A DNA stretch of 64,000 nucleotides from an uncultured delta proteobacterium. Its GTDB lineage: Bacteria; Desulfobacterota; Binatia; UBA9968. Both the position numbers and the translations under genes were made by a program. Under the pieces are notes generated by a model. It was given only the letters and a program-made list of their open reading frames with translations. It had not been told where the DNA came from and searched no databases. Location of the stretch: the NCBI GenBank assembly GCA_963771465.1, contig CAVYTU010000015.1, positions 192,001 to 256,000 on the forward strand, read 5' to 3'. This document shows positions 19,483 through 29,294 of the stretch, in pieces; within the stretch, counting starts at the first letter, position 1; every line of letters starts with the position of its first letter.

Positions 19483-20895
19483 TTACCCAGGCAAGGCGAC
19501 TGCGATACCATCGCGGATTTCGATTCTCGTGCCAAAGTTTTTTGACCGTTCGCGCGACCGCTCGATGACCTGATTGAATTTTTCACTCCCGGCATCGGCG
19601 AGCCGGGGCACGCTAAGACGAGGACGCCGGCCTTCAATGATGTATTCCTCGGTCGGATAAATTCGCACCTCTTTTAACGCAGCGTTTGCGCCGAAGACAG
19701 CCACATGAACGGCACTACCGATACCAGAAAAAGCGTGCGTCTGGCCACCGGCGGCGGTTGCTCGTTCGCGGTTGCGATTTCGTTCTTCCAACAACTGACC
19801 GACGGTGCCGTCGATGCCAATGCCCAAGCGCAGCTTCATCGCCAAGGGCAGTTTGGTCACCTCGTTATTCTGCAAGTACAGCGGCGGTTGGCCGTAGAGA
19901 ATCGCTTTGCCTTTGTAGAATTCAATGCCGCGCTGCAAACCGCCGTGATTGATGTAGACGTCGGCGCCTGCGTCGACACAGCCGTGCGCGAAGGTGTCGA
20001 TATAGTCGTGCACGCCGACGCCGTGCGCTTGATCATGTAGCGCGACGATCACCACGTCCGCGTGCCGGCGCGCCTCGGCGATGTGTTTGTAAGTTCGCTC
20101 CAAATCCTCCTGATAGGGAACCGTGGACATACGGAATTTGTCGCTCAGGATGAATTTTCGGCCCATGAAAAAAAATTCACTGTCGGTGTCTTTCTCCCAG
20201 CCTTTGAGCGTCGAGCCGATCAACGTCTCGGTGCGCGCCGCGCCTTGGAAGCGGACAACTTTGCCGCGCTCCCAATTGAGCTCTTGGCTAATACGCTTGA
20301 GCTGATCGAAGGCGGCGCGGTCTACATGCGCTACCGAATCGTAACGCAGCAAATTGACTCCGGGGCGGCTCTTATAAGGCGGCAACTCGTCCGAACCCAT
20401 ATAGCCCGCCGGCCACGGAAACGGTAAATCCATCATTTGCCGTGGCCCCCAGTCGGCCAAGGCGATCAGCGCGACCCGGGCATTTTCGGTTTCCAAGTAA
20501 GTCGGCTGGGCCGCTTCGGTGAGGCTGGCGCCAATCCCAGCGTAAGGCATGCCGCCCCGTTTTAAATAGTCGATGGTGGTGAGAATCCCCAGCTCGCCGA
20601 AGTCGGCGACGTGGTTATTCGCGGCATAGACCGCTGAAATGCCCATGAACTTGAGTTCATCGATCATGCTCGGCGGCGCGCCCATGACCGTCCCAGCCCA
20701 GCCCATGCCCGAGCCAAACGCGGGCCAGTCCTCGCCGTCCTGAATGGCGCACTCCATGTTTGCGAAACTCAAATCGGAATTTTGCAAAAGCTCGATGAGC
20801 TTATGAAAGCCAGATTTGTTTTGATGCACCGACACCCGATGTTCGATGTAACAATTTCCCGTAAACGCCAGCTGTGTTTCATCCTTCGCCGCCAT
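19483..20895 (-). CDS. CapA/PgsA-family metallophosphoesterase-fold protein
   Basis: FANME, AANNHVADFG, ADVVIVALH, AGADVY, GIEFYKGKAILY; start at ATG 20895. Confidence 0.8.
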   Translation of the reverse strand: MAAKDETQLAFTGNCYIEHRVSVHQNKSGFHKLIELLQNSDLSFANMECAIQDGEDWPAFGSGMGWAGTVMGAPPSMIDELKFMGISAVYAANNHVADFGELGILTTIDYLKRGGMPYAGIGASLTEAAQPTYLETENARVALIALADWGPRQMMDLPFPWPAGYMGSDELPPYKSRPGVNLLRYDSVAHVDRAAFDQLKRISQELNWERGKVVRFQGAARTETLIGSTLKGWEKDTDSEFFFMGRKFILSDKFRMSTVPYQEDLERTYKHIAEARRHADVVIVALHDQAHGVGVHDYIDTFAHGCVDAGADVYINHGGLQRGIEFYKGKAILYGQPPLYLQNNEVTKLPLAMKLRLGIGIDGTVGQLLEERNRNRERATAAGGQTHAFSGIGSAVHVAVFGANAALKEVRIYPTEEYIIEGRRPRLSVPRLADAGSEKFNQVIERSRERSKNFGTRIEIRDGIAVALPG

Positions 20896-21047
20896 GGCCG
20901 CTTCTCCTGTTATTTTGTTTTGCAAAGATGACGCTATCAATGTTCATTCCACAGTTCGAACACAACTACAAGAATGGTTTTCGCGCCACGGCGTTGGAAC
21001 TTCAATGAATTGTTTGTTATGACCCAAGAAAAGAAAGTGGGTGCGAC

Positions 21048-22196
21048 GTGTCAGTGAAATACGATTTGCTGCTCAAGGGCGGCGAAGTCATCGATCCCAG
21101 TAACAAGCTCCGCGGTCAGCGCGATGTTGCGTTTAGCAACGCTAAGGTCGCGGCGATGGTGGAAAATATTAACCCAGACGAAGCACGGCAAACCATCGAC
21201 GTCTCCGGCAAGCTGGTAACCCCGGGGTTGATCGATATTCACGGCCACTTTTTCCATGGCTATCAGCCGCGCTTCGGCCACCCTGATAATTTTTGTCTAC
21301 CGACCGGGGTCACCACCGCCGTCGATGCCGGCAGCGCCGGCTGGAAAGTATTTGCCGATTTCCGCGACCAGGTGATCAGAAAATGCGCCACCCGTCTGTT
21401 CGCCTTCGTTCATCTCTCCGCCAACGGTTTGAATAAGGAACATACGCAGCAGGGCGAGTTAATGGACATGAAATTGATTCATGTCAAAGAGACTGCGCAA
21501 TGTATTCGAGACAATCCCGAGAACGTTGTCGGCTTGAAAGTGCGCATTGATGACAGCGCGCTGCGCGCCGAGAGCGCTTTCCCGGCGCTTCAGTACGCTC
21601 GCGAGGCCGCGGCGCAAGCGGACTGCCGAATTATGGTGCACGTCAGCCGCTCGCCGATACCGCTGGGGAAAATCCTCGACGCGCTTCGCCCCGGCGACAT
21701 CGTGACGCATCCATTTCACGGCTCCGCGAACGGGCCGCTCGATGACAAAGGTAAACTCCGCCGGGAGGTCATCGAAGCGCAAGAGCGGGGAATCATTTTG
21801 GACAGCGGCTGCGCCAAGGTTCATATGGACTTAAACGTTTGCCGCATCTTTTTGGACCAAGCTGTTTTTCCCGACACGATCAGCACCGACGGCGTGCGCT
21901 TGGATCGCTCCTATAGCTTGCCGCAAGTGATGTCGATGTTTCTCGGCTTGGGCATGTCGCTGGAACAAATCGTCGCTGCAACGACACACCGGGCCGCCGC
22001 CGCGATCGGCAAAGAGCGAGATTTGGGCAGCCTGCGCATCGGCGCCGCCGGCGATGCTACAGTGCTAAATTTAGAAGAGGGTGAATTCACCTTCGACGAC
22101 CGCGCCGGCAACGTTCTTAAGACCAACCGCCAGCTCACGCCGGCGTTGACAGTCAGAAATGGCGTTTGCTGGGACGGAGCCGTTGCATCGGCCTAG
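21048..22196 (+). CDS. amidohydrolase/deacetylase (dihydroorotase-like metallohydrolase)
   Basis: PGLIDIHGH, GVTTAVDAGSAG, GLKVR, IMVH, DIVTH, TISTD. Confidence 0.9.
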   Translation: MSVKYDLLLKGGEVIDPSNKLRGQRDVAFSNAKVAAMVENINPDEARQTIDVSGKLVTPGLIDIHGHFFHGYQPRFGHPDNFCLPTGVTTAVDAGSAGWKVFADFRDQVIRKCATRLFAFVHLSANGLNKEHTQQGELMDMKLIHVKETAQCIRDNPENVVGLKVRIDDSALRAESAFPALQYAREAAAQADCRIMVHVSRSPIPLGKILDALRPGDIVTHPFHGSANGPLDDKGKLRREVIEAQERGIILDSGCAKVHMDLNVCRIFLDQAVFPDTISTDGVRLDRSYSLPQVMSMFLGLGMSLEQIVAATTHRAAAAIGKERDLGSLRIGAAGDATVLNLEEGEFTFDDRAGNVLKTNRQLTPALTVRNGVCWDGAVASA

Positions 22197-22221
22197 CCCA
22201 GGAGGAAAACGAAGGACAGAG

Positions 22222-22404
22222 TGTCGTTCGAGGTGGAACCCTGGAGGAGCGAAGGCATCAGAGCCAAAGGTTTCATCGTCATGCTCGGTACTTGGCAGGT
22301 TGTTTGACCTGCTCACAGGTAAATTCAGAGTAGCTCGCCCCGCTTGTGCCATTAAGGCAGAACCGCTTTGCCTTTGCTCCGGAGGGGTTTCGCCTCGATC
22401 GACA
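22222..22404 (+). ncRNA. candidate rod-like structured RNA (6S-like architecture)
   Basis: 22222-22242 pairs with 22384-22404 and 22246-22257 with 22369-22380, with four G-U wobbles on the + strand; apical GCAGGT/ACCTGC stem; side hairpin TGCC-ATTAA-GGCA. Confidence 0.5.
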
Positions 22405-22430
22405 ACGCGCGGGATCAACAAGAGGAGAAA

Positions 22431-23525
22431 ATGAAAAACTGGATTGGGTTTCTAACGGTAACTCTTTCTTTCATCATTCCCACCGATGGATGGGCCGCGG
22501 CCGCCGCGAACGTTACACCCACCGCGACGGAAAAAATTCTCGCCGACATTGGCAAATTGTCGCCCGCCGAGCGCATCAAGAAACTGATCGAAGGCGCGCG
22601 CAAAGAAGCGACGCTGGTTTGGTACGCTCCCGACCGCGAAGACTTGACCGAACTACGGATTGAATTTTTTAAAGAAATTTATCCGGACTCGATTCAAAAG
22701 TTCGTCACGCCGCGGATTCGCTCCGATGTCATGATCGACCGCCTATTGACCGAAGAACGCGCCGGCAAACATCAGGCAGACGTGGTCTGGATCAGACTGC
22801 CGCAGGTACCGGTGATGCTGCGCGAGGGATTGCTGGCGAAATATACCGCCCTTGAAGACGCCCAGATTCCCGCCAGACTCAAAATCGGCACCGAGTGGCG
22901 TTCGCTCGGCAACCGGTTGTTTCACATCATGTACAACACCAAGCTCGTCGCCGAGAAAGATGCGCCAAAAAGTTGGCAAGACCTGCTCGACCCCAAATGG
23001 AAAGGGAAGCTTATTTTGGACGACGCGTCCTACGACTGGTTCGTCGGGCTGCTCGACTTCATGGGCGAAGCGAAGGGCATAGAGTTTATGAAGCAACTCG
23101 CGCGTAACGGTCTCCAGATCCAGCAACGCCGGTCCAACGTCGAAAATATGGTGTCGGCCGGCGAAGTTCCGATCATGGTTACCAACAGCGGCACCTCCAC
23201 GGCCGATCGCGCCGCGCAGGGCGAGCCGGTGGCGTACGTCAAAGACCCCAAGCCGCCGATCGCCTACGGCGAGGGACTTTCGATCATGCGCAACGCCACT
23301 CATCCGCACGCCGCGGCGCTGTTCATCGAAGGATTGTTGTCGGAAAAATGGCAGCGTAAGGCCGCGGAGAAAATTAAAATCCGCGCCGCCCGGCCCGGCA
23401 TCCCCGATCCCTTGATCGATGCCAAGATCCAACCCCATTTCACCGATCCAGCCAAGTGGCCGGCGCAGCGCTATGAATGGGCACAGCGCGAGTACACGCG
23501 CATATTGGTCCGAAAAGAATTTTAG
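22431..23525 (+). CDS. ABC substrate-binding protein, FbpA/AfuA-like
   Basis: GAGGAG RBS and ATG 22431; signal peptide; EERAGKHQADV; HPHAAALFIE. Confidence 0.88.
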   Translation: MKNWIGFLTVTLSFIIPTDGWAAAAANVTPTATEKILADIGKLSPAERIKKLIEGARKEATLVWYAPDREDLTELRIEFFKEIYPDSIQKFVTPRIRSDVMIDRLLTEERAGKHQADVVWIRLPQVPVMLREGLLAKYTALEDAQIPARLKIGTEWRSLGNRLFHIMYNTKLVAEKDAPKSWQDLLDPKWKGKLILDDASYDWFVGLLDFMGEAKGIEFMKQLARNGLQIQQRRSNVENMVSAGEVPIMVTNSGTSTADRAAQGEPVAYVKDPKPPIAYGEGLSIMRNATHPHAAALFIEGLLSEKWQRKAAEKIKIRAARPGIPDPLIDAKIQPHFTDPAKWPAQRYEWAQREYTRILVRKEF

Positions 23526-23566
23526 CGCGAACGTTGTCTTAAGCGGTAATCAGGAGGATTCACAAG

Positions 23567-24924
23567 ATGGCAACCATCGCGCAGCAGCTCGGCGAATTTG
23601 TCAGCCATGATATCCGTCGATAATCTGCCTGCGGAGGTATTTGCCAAGGCCAAGTCGTGCCTGCTTTACGGACTCAGCGTCGCCATGGCTGCCCACGACT
23701 CGCGCCAGGGACAGATCGCCGAAGCGGCAATGACGGAATCGGAAACTTTGCTGCAAGGCGGCGCCACAACGATTTTGAGCTGGTAAAAAAACCACACCCG
23801 GCGCCGCGGCATTCGCCAATGGCGTATTGTTTCAGAGCCGTGGGCAGAGCGATGCTTACGGCACCATGGCGCATTTCGGTCCGGCGGTGGTGCCCGCGGT
23901 TCTCGCGCTTTCGCGAAGTGAACGATTATTCAGGCCGAGAGATTTTACCCGCATTGGTCGCAGGCTATGAAGTCGCCGGCGCGCTGGCGAAAGATCATAT
24001 CAGGTTAACCGTGGAGCGCGGTTGGCGCGGCAGTCCGACCTATGATGTCACGGAGCCTCGGCGGCCTCAGCCCGGCTGATGGGACTCGATGCTGAACGTA
24101 GCGCCAACGCGATCAGTCTCGGCGCCGGCTTCAGTTTTGGCAACGTCGAATGCAATATCGCTCACACGATGGAGACGCAATTTCAGCTTGGACTGTCGGC
24201 GCGCAACGGCCTGTTGTGCAGCGCTATCGCCAAACAACAGGGAACCGGAGCGCCGACAGCGATCGAAGGCAAAGCCGGATTCCTCAATCTTTTCGCCGGA
24301 ACTATCGAATTCGCGCCCAAGATTACCGCCGCGGCTGGGACGGGAATACGAAATTCTCAACGTGACTTTCAAACGCTATCCGACCAGCATGATCGCACAA
24401 TCGCCGACCTATATCGCCACGAGGTTGGCGCGCAAGGAAAAGATCGCCGCCGATGACATTGAAGAGATCGTCGTCGAGCTCGATCCTTTCGAGGCGGAAT
24501 ATCCCGGTCCCGGCCGGCGCCAAAACGAATCGAGTCCGCCGAGCGCGGCGCCGGCACGGCGCAAGGTGTCGCCGTCGCCTTGGTCCATGGGCAAGCGAGT
24601 CGCAATCTTTTGCGTCAGCGCAACGACGCCAAGGTCAATCAGTTGCTCGAACGCATGACGATCAAGGGCGACCCGGCGGTTTTGCCACAGTGCGCCAAGC
24701 TGAGCGTGAAAACTGCCAAGCGCCAGTACTTTGAAGAGATCAAAGACGGCAGCCGCAATCATCTTTTCAGTTTCAACGACACGATCGATCTGGTCCGCGA
24801 TCTGCAGCCGGAGATGCGGATAAGCGCCGCTGCGCTCGAAAAAATCATCGACATCGCCGATAACCTGGATAAGGTCAAAAGTATTCGACCGTTGATGGCG
24901 CTGGTCACTGGCCAAGCGAGTTAG
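23567..24924 (+). pseudogene. MmgE/PrpD family protein, multiply frameshifted
   Basis: AGGAGG RBS and ATG 23567; fragments LPAEVFAKAKSCLL, ALVAGYEVA...RGWR, GLDAERSANAISL, AIEGKAGF, TFKRYPT join to a PrpD-like protein. May be sequencing indels. Confidence 0.8.
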
Positions 24925-24928
24925 ACTA

Positions 24929-26038
24929 ATGCGAAAAAATTTCATGTTGATAGCTGCAATGGGAATTTTCCTGGCGCTGATTTTCACTGCGCCAGCCAGT
25001 GTCGAGAGCGCTGCAGCACCAAAAACGGACTTGTCGAAATCCGAGCAGAGCCTTGCCGAGGTGATGGCGCTGCCCGCCAAGGAGCGTCTGCAAAAGCTCG
25101 TCGAGGGAGCAAAAAAAGAGGCGGCGCTAAACTTTTACGCACCCGACCGCGAGGATCTGACCAATCTGCGCATCGAGCTTTTCAAAGAGATTCACCCAGG
25201 CGTCATTCAAAAATTCCAAAGTCCGCGCGTTTTGCCGGACATCATGATCGACCGGCTACTCACCGAAGAGCGCGCCGGCAAACACCAAGCCGATGTCGTG
25301 TGGCTCCAGTTTCATCAGGTTTCCGCCCTCGAGCGAGATCGCATGTTGGCGCGCTACGTCGCCCTCGAAGACGCTGCGCTGCCCGAGGGTCTCAAGGTCC
25401 CCGGCTACTGGCGCTCTCTCGGCAACCGCCTGTTTCACATCATGTACAACACCAAACTGGTGGCGGCCAAGGATGCGCCCAAAAGCTGGGAAGAGCTCGT
25501 CGATCCGAAATGGCAGGGCAAAATCGTGCTCGATGCGGCATCGTACAACTGGTTTGTCGGCATGCTCGACCACATGGGAGAAGATAAAGGCTTGGAGTTC
25601 ATGAAAAAGTTGGCGCGCAACGGACTGCAAATCCAGCAGCGCCGCTCCAACGTCGAGAACATGGTGTCGGCGGGTGAAGTTCCGGTCATGGTCGCCAACA
25701 GCGGCACATCGACAGCGGATCGCATAGCCCAAGGAGAGCCACTCGCGTTCGTGAAAGATCCCAAGCCGCCGATCGCCTATGGCGAAGGGCTGGCGATCAT
25801 GCGCAACGCGCCGCATCCCTATGCCGCGGCACTGTTCATTGAAACCGTATTGTCAGAGCCATGGCAACGCAAGGCCGCGGAGAAAATCAAAATTCGCGCC
25901 GCGCGGCCCGGTGTTCCAGATCCGTTGATCGACTCCAGCATCAAACCGCACTTCGTCAATCCATCCAAGTGGCCGACCAAGCGCTACGAATGGGCCGAGC
26001 GTGAATACGTTCGCATCCTGGTGCGAAAAGAATTCTGA
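24929..26038 (+). CDS. ABC substrate-binding protein, close paralog of 22431-23525
   Basis: Shared blocks YAPDREDLT, SLGNRLFHIMYNTKLV, QQRRSNVENMVSAGEVP, RILVRKEF. Confidence 0.9.
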   Translation: MRKNFMLIAAMGIFLALIFTAPASVESAAAPKTDLSKSEQSLAEVMALPAKERLQKLVEGAKKEAALNFYAPDREDLTNLRIELFKEIHPGVIQKFQSPRVLPDIMIDRLLTEERAGKHQADVVWLQFHQVSALERDRMLARYVALEDAALPEGLKVPGYWRSLGNRLFHIMYNTKLVAAKDAPKSWEELVDPKWQGKIVLDAASYNWFVGMLDHMGEDKGLEFMKKLARNGLQIQQRRSNVENMVSAGEVPVMVANSGTSTADRIAQGEPLAFVKDPKPPIAYGEGLAIMRNAPHPYAAALFIETVLSEPWQRKAAEKIKIRAARPGVPDPLIDSSIKPHFVNPSKWPTKRYEWAEREYVRILVRKEF

Positions 26039-26066
26039 TACGTGCTGCACCGAAAGCTCTAATCGT

Positions 26067-27851
26067 TTGAGTCAAACTTCGATCCAAAGGCCGTGGACTG
26101 CCAACGCCGCCGCTGCGCAAATCAGCAAGCGCGTCTGGCGCGTTGTCGATCTGCTCGGCAACGGTAAAACCCTCGCGCTGCTGTTTTTCTCGGCTCTGCT
26201 GATTTACCTCGTCATCGTGCCGCTGGCAGTTTTAGTCTTCGGCAGTTTCAAGTCGGTGGCGCCGGGCACGCCGGACTATTTCACGCTTAATTTCACGCTG
26301 GAAAATTATTCGCGCGCTTTTGCCAGCCGCTATTTGCCCAGAGCGACGGTCAATACGCTGATCTTTTCGCTGGGCTCATCGACGATCGCCTTTGTCCTCG
26401 GCGCTTTTCTCGCTTGGGTCACGGAACGCACCAACAGCCCGTTCCGCTCGCTGCTCTATGTGATGGCGATTAGCCGCGTGATTCTGCCCGGCGTCTTGGT
26501 GACGTTTTCCTGGATCGTGCTGATGAGTCCGGAAATTGGCATCCTAAATCGCTTGCTGGTCGCCGCTTTCGGTTTGAAGGCAGCGCCGTTCAATGTCTAC
26601 TCCATGGCGGGATTGATTTGGGTCGAAGGGATCGAGCTCACGCCGCTCGCTTTTTTATTAATGGCGAGCGCTTTTCGATCGATGGACCCGTCGTTGGAGG
26701 AGGCAGCGATGGTCGCGGGCTCCGGACCGTTGCAGATTCTGCGCCGTATCACTCTGCCAATGATGCAACCGGCGCTGCTTTCGGCGCTGGTGTTGCTGTT
26801 CATTCGCGGCATTGAGAGTTTCGAGACGCCCGCGTTGATCGGACTGCGTGCGCGCATTTTTGTCTACACGACTGAGATTTGGTTGAACTCCACCCGTGCG
26901 CCGACGGATTACGGATTGGCCGGCGCTTATGCCATGGTGCTCGTCATTATTTCTGCTCTGCTCATACTGGTTTACCTCCGGCTGACCGCCAACAGTGAAA
27001 AGTACATGACGATCACCGGCAAAGGCTATCGGCCGAGAATGGTCGACTTGGGCAAATGGCGCATCCTCACCGGCGCCGTATCGATGTTTATCCTGTTCCT
27101 GGTTTTTATCGTCCCTATGCTCACCATCACTTGGATGTCGCTCGTGCCAAGCTTTCTGGCGTCATCGATGGAAGGTTTTCAGCGCATCAGCTTCAAAGCG
27201 TATCGCGACGCCTTGCTCTTTCCTCTCACTCGTCAAGGCATGCAGAACAGCATGATTCTCGGCATCTCCAGCGCGTCGGGGGTAACGCTGATCACCGCGG
27301 TCGTCGCCTACATCGTCGTCAAAACCAAGCTGCGCGGCCGGGGCATATTGGACTTCCTGACTTTCGTTCCCTACGTGGTTCCGGGAATAATCTTCGGGCT
27401 TAGTATTCTGTGGTTTTATCTCAACGTGATGCCGTTTCTTTACGGTACGCTGACGATTCTATTCCTGGCTTACATGGGGAAATATCTTCCGGTAGCCATG
27501 CGGATTAACGTCGCTTGCATGGCGCAAGTTCATTCCGACTTGGAAGAAGCCGCGGCGACGTGTCAATCCTCTTGGGCGAGAAGTTTTGTTAAAATTACTC
27601 TGCCGCTTATCCGGCCGGGTCTGGTGGCGGCGTGGATTTGGGTGTTCGTTCATTCCTTTCGCGAGATTCCGACGGCGATGATCTTGGCTTACCCCGGCAC
27701 GGAACCGGTGGGCATCGTCATGTTTAAATACTGGGAGGACAGCACCTATCAACGGCTGGCGGCTTTCGGTGTGATGCTCTTCAGCGTGCTGCTGATCACT
27801 TCGCTCCTCGCCATGCGCATCGGCAAGCGCTTTGGAATTCGCGACGTTTAA
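26067..27851 (+). CDS. FbpB-type ABC permease (two EAA domains)
   Basis: MDPSLEEAAMVAG and HSDLEEAAATC; many TM segments; start uncertain (TTG 26067, ORF track 26001). Confidence 0.88.
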   Translation: MSQTSIQRPWTANAAAAQISKRVWRVVDLLGNGKTLALLFFSALLIYLVIVPLAVLVFGSFKSVAPGTPDYFTLNFTLENYSRAFASRYLPRATVNTLIFSLGSSTIAFVLGAFLAWVTERTNSPFRSLLYVMAISRVILPGVLVTFSWIVLMSPEIGILNRLLVAAFGLKAAPFNVYSMAGLIWVEGIELTPLAFLLMASAFRSMDPSLEEAAMVAGSGPLQILRRITLPMMQPALLSALVLLFIRGIESFETPALIGLRARIFVYTTEIWLNSTRAPTDYGLAGAYAMVLVIISALLILVYLRLTANSEKYMTITGKGYRPRMVDLGKWRILTGAVSMFILFLVFIVPMLTITWMSLVPSFLASSMEGFQRISFKAYRDALLFPLTRQGMQNSMILGISSASGVTLITAVVAYIVVKTKLRGRGILDFLTFVPYVVPGIIFGLSILWFYLNVMPFLYGTLTILFLAYMGKYLPVAMRINVACMAQVHSDLEEAAATCQSSWARSFVKITLPLIRPGLVAAWIWVFVHSFREIPTAMILAYPGTEPVGIVMFKYWEDSTYQRLAAFGVMLFSVLLITSLLAMRIGKRFGIRDV

Positions 27852-27895
27852 CCCATCCGTATTGGCTTTCACCGGAGAATAGCTTAGAAAAAATC

Positions 27896-28672
27896 ATGGA
27901 CTTGGGCATCGGCGGCAAAGTTGCCATCGTCACCGGTGGCAGCCAAGGAATCGGCAAAGCGATCGCTACGGAGCTGGCCGCCGAAGGCGTGCGCACCGTC
28001 ATCTGTGCGCGCAATTTAGAAAACCTCGAGCAAGCTGCCGCCGAGATCGCTAGCCTGACTAAAGGCGAAGTCCTGCCGCTGCAGGCCGACGTCACCAGTC
28101 TCGACCAAGTAAAAAAACTTGTCGCCGACGCGGTCAGCGCATTCGGCGGCGTCGATATTCTCGTCAACAATGCGGCCGGCTCCGGCTCAGGACCGTTTGC
28201 CGAATTGACCGATGAAGACTGGCTGCATCATTTCAACGTCAAGCTGGTCGGCTACGTCCGCTGCGCGCGTGAAGTGATGCCGCACATGAAACAAAGGCGC
28301 TGGGGCCGTATCGTCAATATCGGCGGCGAGGCTGCCCGCGGCAACGGTGGTTACGCCTCGGGAGCGGCCAATTCGGCAGTGGTTAATTTCACCAAGAAGC
28401 TGTCTGACGAGCTTGCTGCATTCAACATCACAGTCAACGCAATCCATCCCGGCAGCACGCGCACGCAAAGGCGCGCCCACGCGGCCGCTCGAAAGGGCAT
28501 CACCCTCGATGAGTTGGTGCAGGAGCAAATCAAACGCATCCCGATCGGCCGGCTCATCGAGCCTGAAGAAATCGCCTCCACCGTGCTGTATCTCGTTTCC
28601 ACTAAAGCTGCGGCGATCACGGGCCAGGTGCTCGGCGTCGATGGCGGCTCTACGCGGGGAATTTATTACTGA
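27896..28672 (+). CDS. SDR family oxidoreductase
   Basis: TGGSQGIG, DILVNNA, VNAIHPG, ITGQVLGVDGG. Confidence 0.92.
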   Translation: MDLGIGGKVAIVTGGSQGIGKAIATELAAEGVRTVICARNLENLEQAAAEIASLTKGEVLPLQADVTSLDQVKKLVADAVSAFGGVDILVNNAAGSGSGPFAELTDEDWLHHFNVKLVGYVRCAREVMPHMKQRRWGRIVNIGGEAARGNGGYASGAANSAVVNFTKKLSDELAAFNITVNAIHPGSTRTQRRAHAAARKGITLDELVQEQIKRIPIGRLIEPEEIASTVLYLVSTKAAAITGQVLGVDGGSTRGIYY

Positions 28673-28673
28673 C

Positions 28674-29207
28674 CTGAACAATATCTGCGACAGCCGCCAC
28701 ACAGTTCACACCATCGGCCACTCGACGCGACCGATCGAAGAATTCATCGAACTGCTCAAAGCGCATCGAATTGAATTGTTAGTCGACGTGCGGCGCTGGC
28801 CGATGTCGAGACGGTATCCGCACTTCAACCGTGAAGCACTATCTCTGTCACTCGAACAGAATAGGGTCGGCTACCACTGGCGCCAAGATTTAGGCGGCTT
28901 TCGCAAACCGATGGCAGATTCGGTGAACACCGCCTGGCGGGTTGCGACTTTTCGCGCCTATGCCGATTTTATGCTGACTGAGCATTTCGTGGAGATCATG
29001 CAAGAGCTCGAAGCGATGGCGACCCAGCAACGGATCGCTCTCATGTGCGCCGAAGCGGTGCCGTGGCGTTGCCATCGCCAATTATTGGCCGACGCTTTTC
29101 TCGTGCGAGAATGGCCCGTGCTGCACATCATGGACGACGGCTGTCATGAGCATAAATCGCCGGCCTTCGCGCGCCCGCAGGGCATGAAGATTTACTACCA
29201 TGTCTAA
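28674..29207 (+). CDS. DUF488 family protein
   Basis: TIGHSTR, LVDVRRWPMS, LGGFRK, LMCAEAVPWRCHR; start uncertain. Confidence 0.85.
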   Translation: MNNICDSRHTVHTIGHSTRPIEEFIELLKAHRIELLVDVRRWPMSRRYPHFNREALSLSLEQNRVGYHWRQDLGGFRKPMADSVNTAWRVATFRAYADFMLTEHFVEIMQELEAMATQQRIALMCAEAVPWRCHRQLLADAFLVREWPVLHIMDDGCHEHKSPAFARPQGMKIYYHV

Positions 29208-29294
29208 GGCAAAAGGTACCTCACGCTAACCATGTGCGTATAGAGCTTAGCCTATCTTGCGTCAGAGCCGCCCCGGTAGCATAGTTCCAAGACA

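Noticed and set aside
19483-20895. Poly-gamma-glutamate capsule locus
   Set aside because: No capB/capC nearby and the context is catabolic.
28347-28672. N-terminal extension of DUF488 overlapping the SDR
   Set aside because: The DUF488 motif begins only after the SDR stop; the extension is a stop-free frame.
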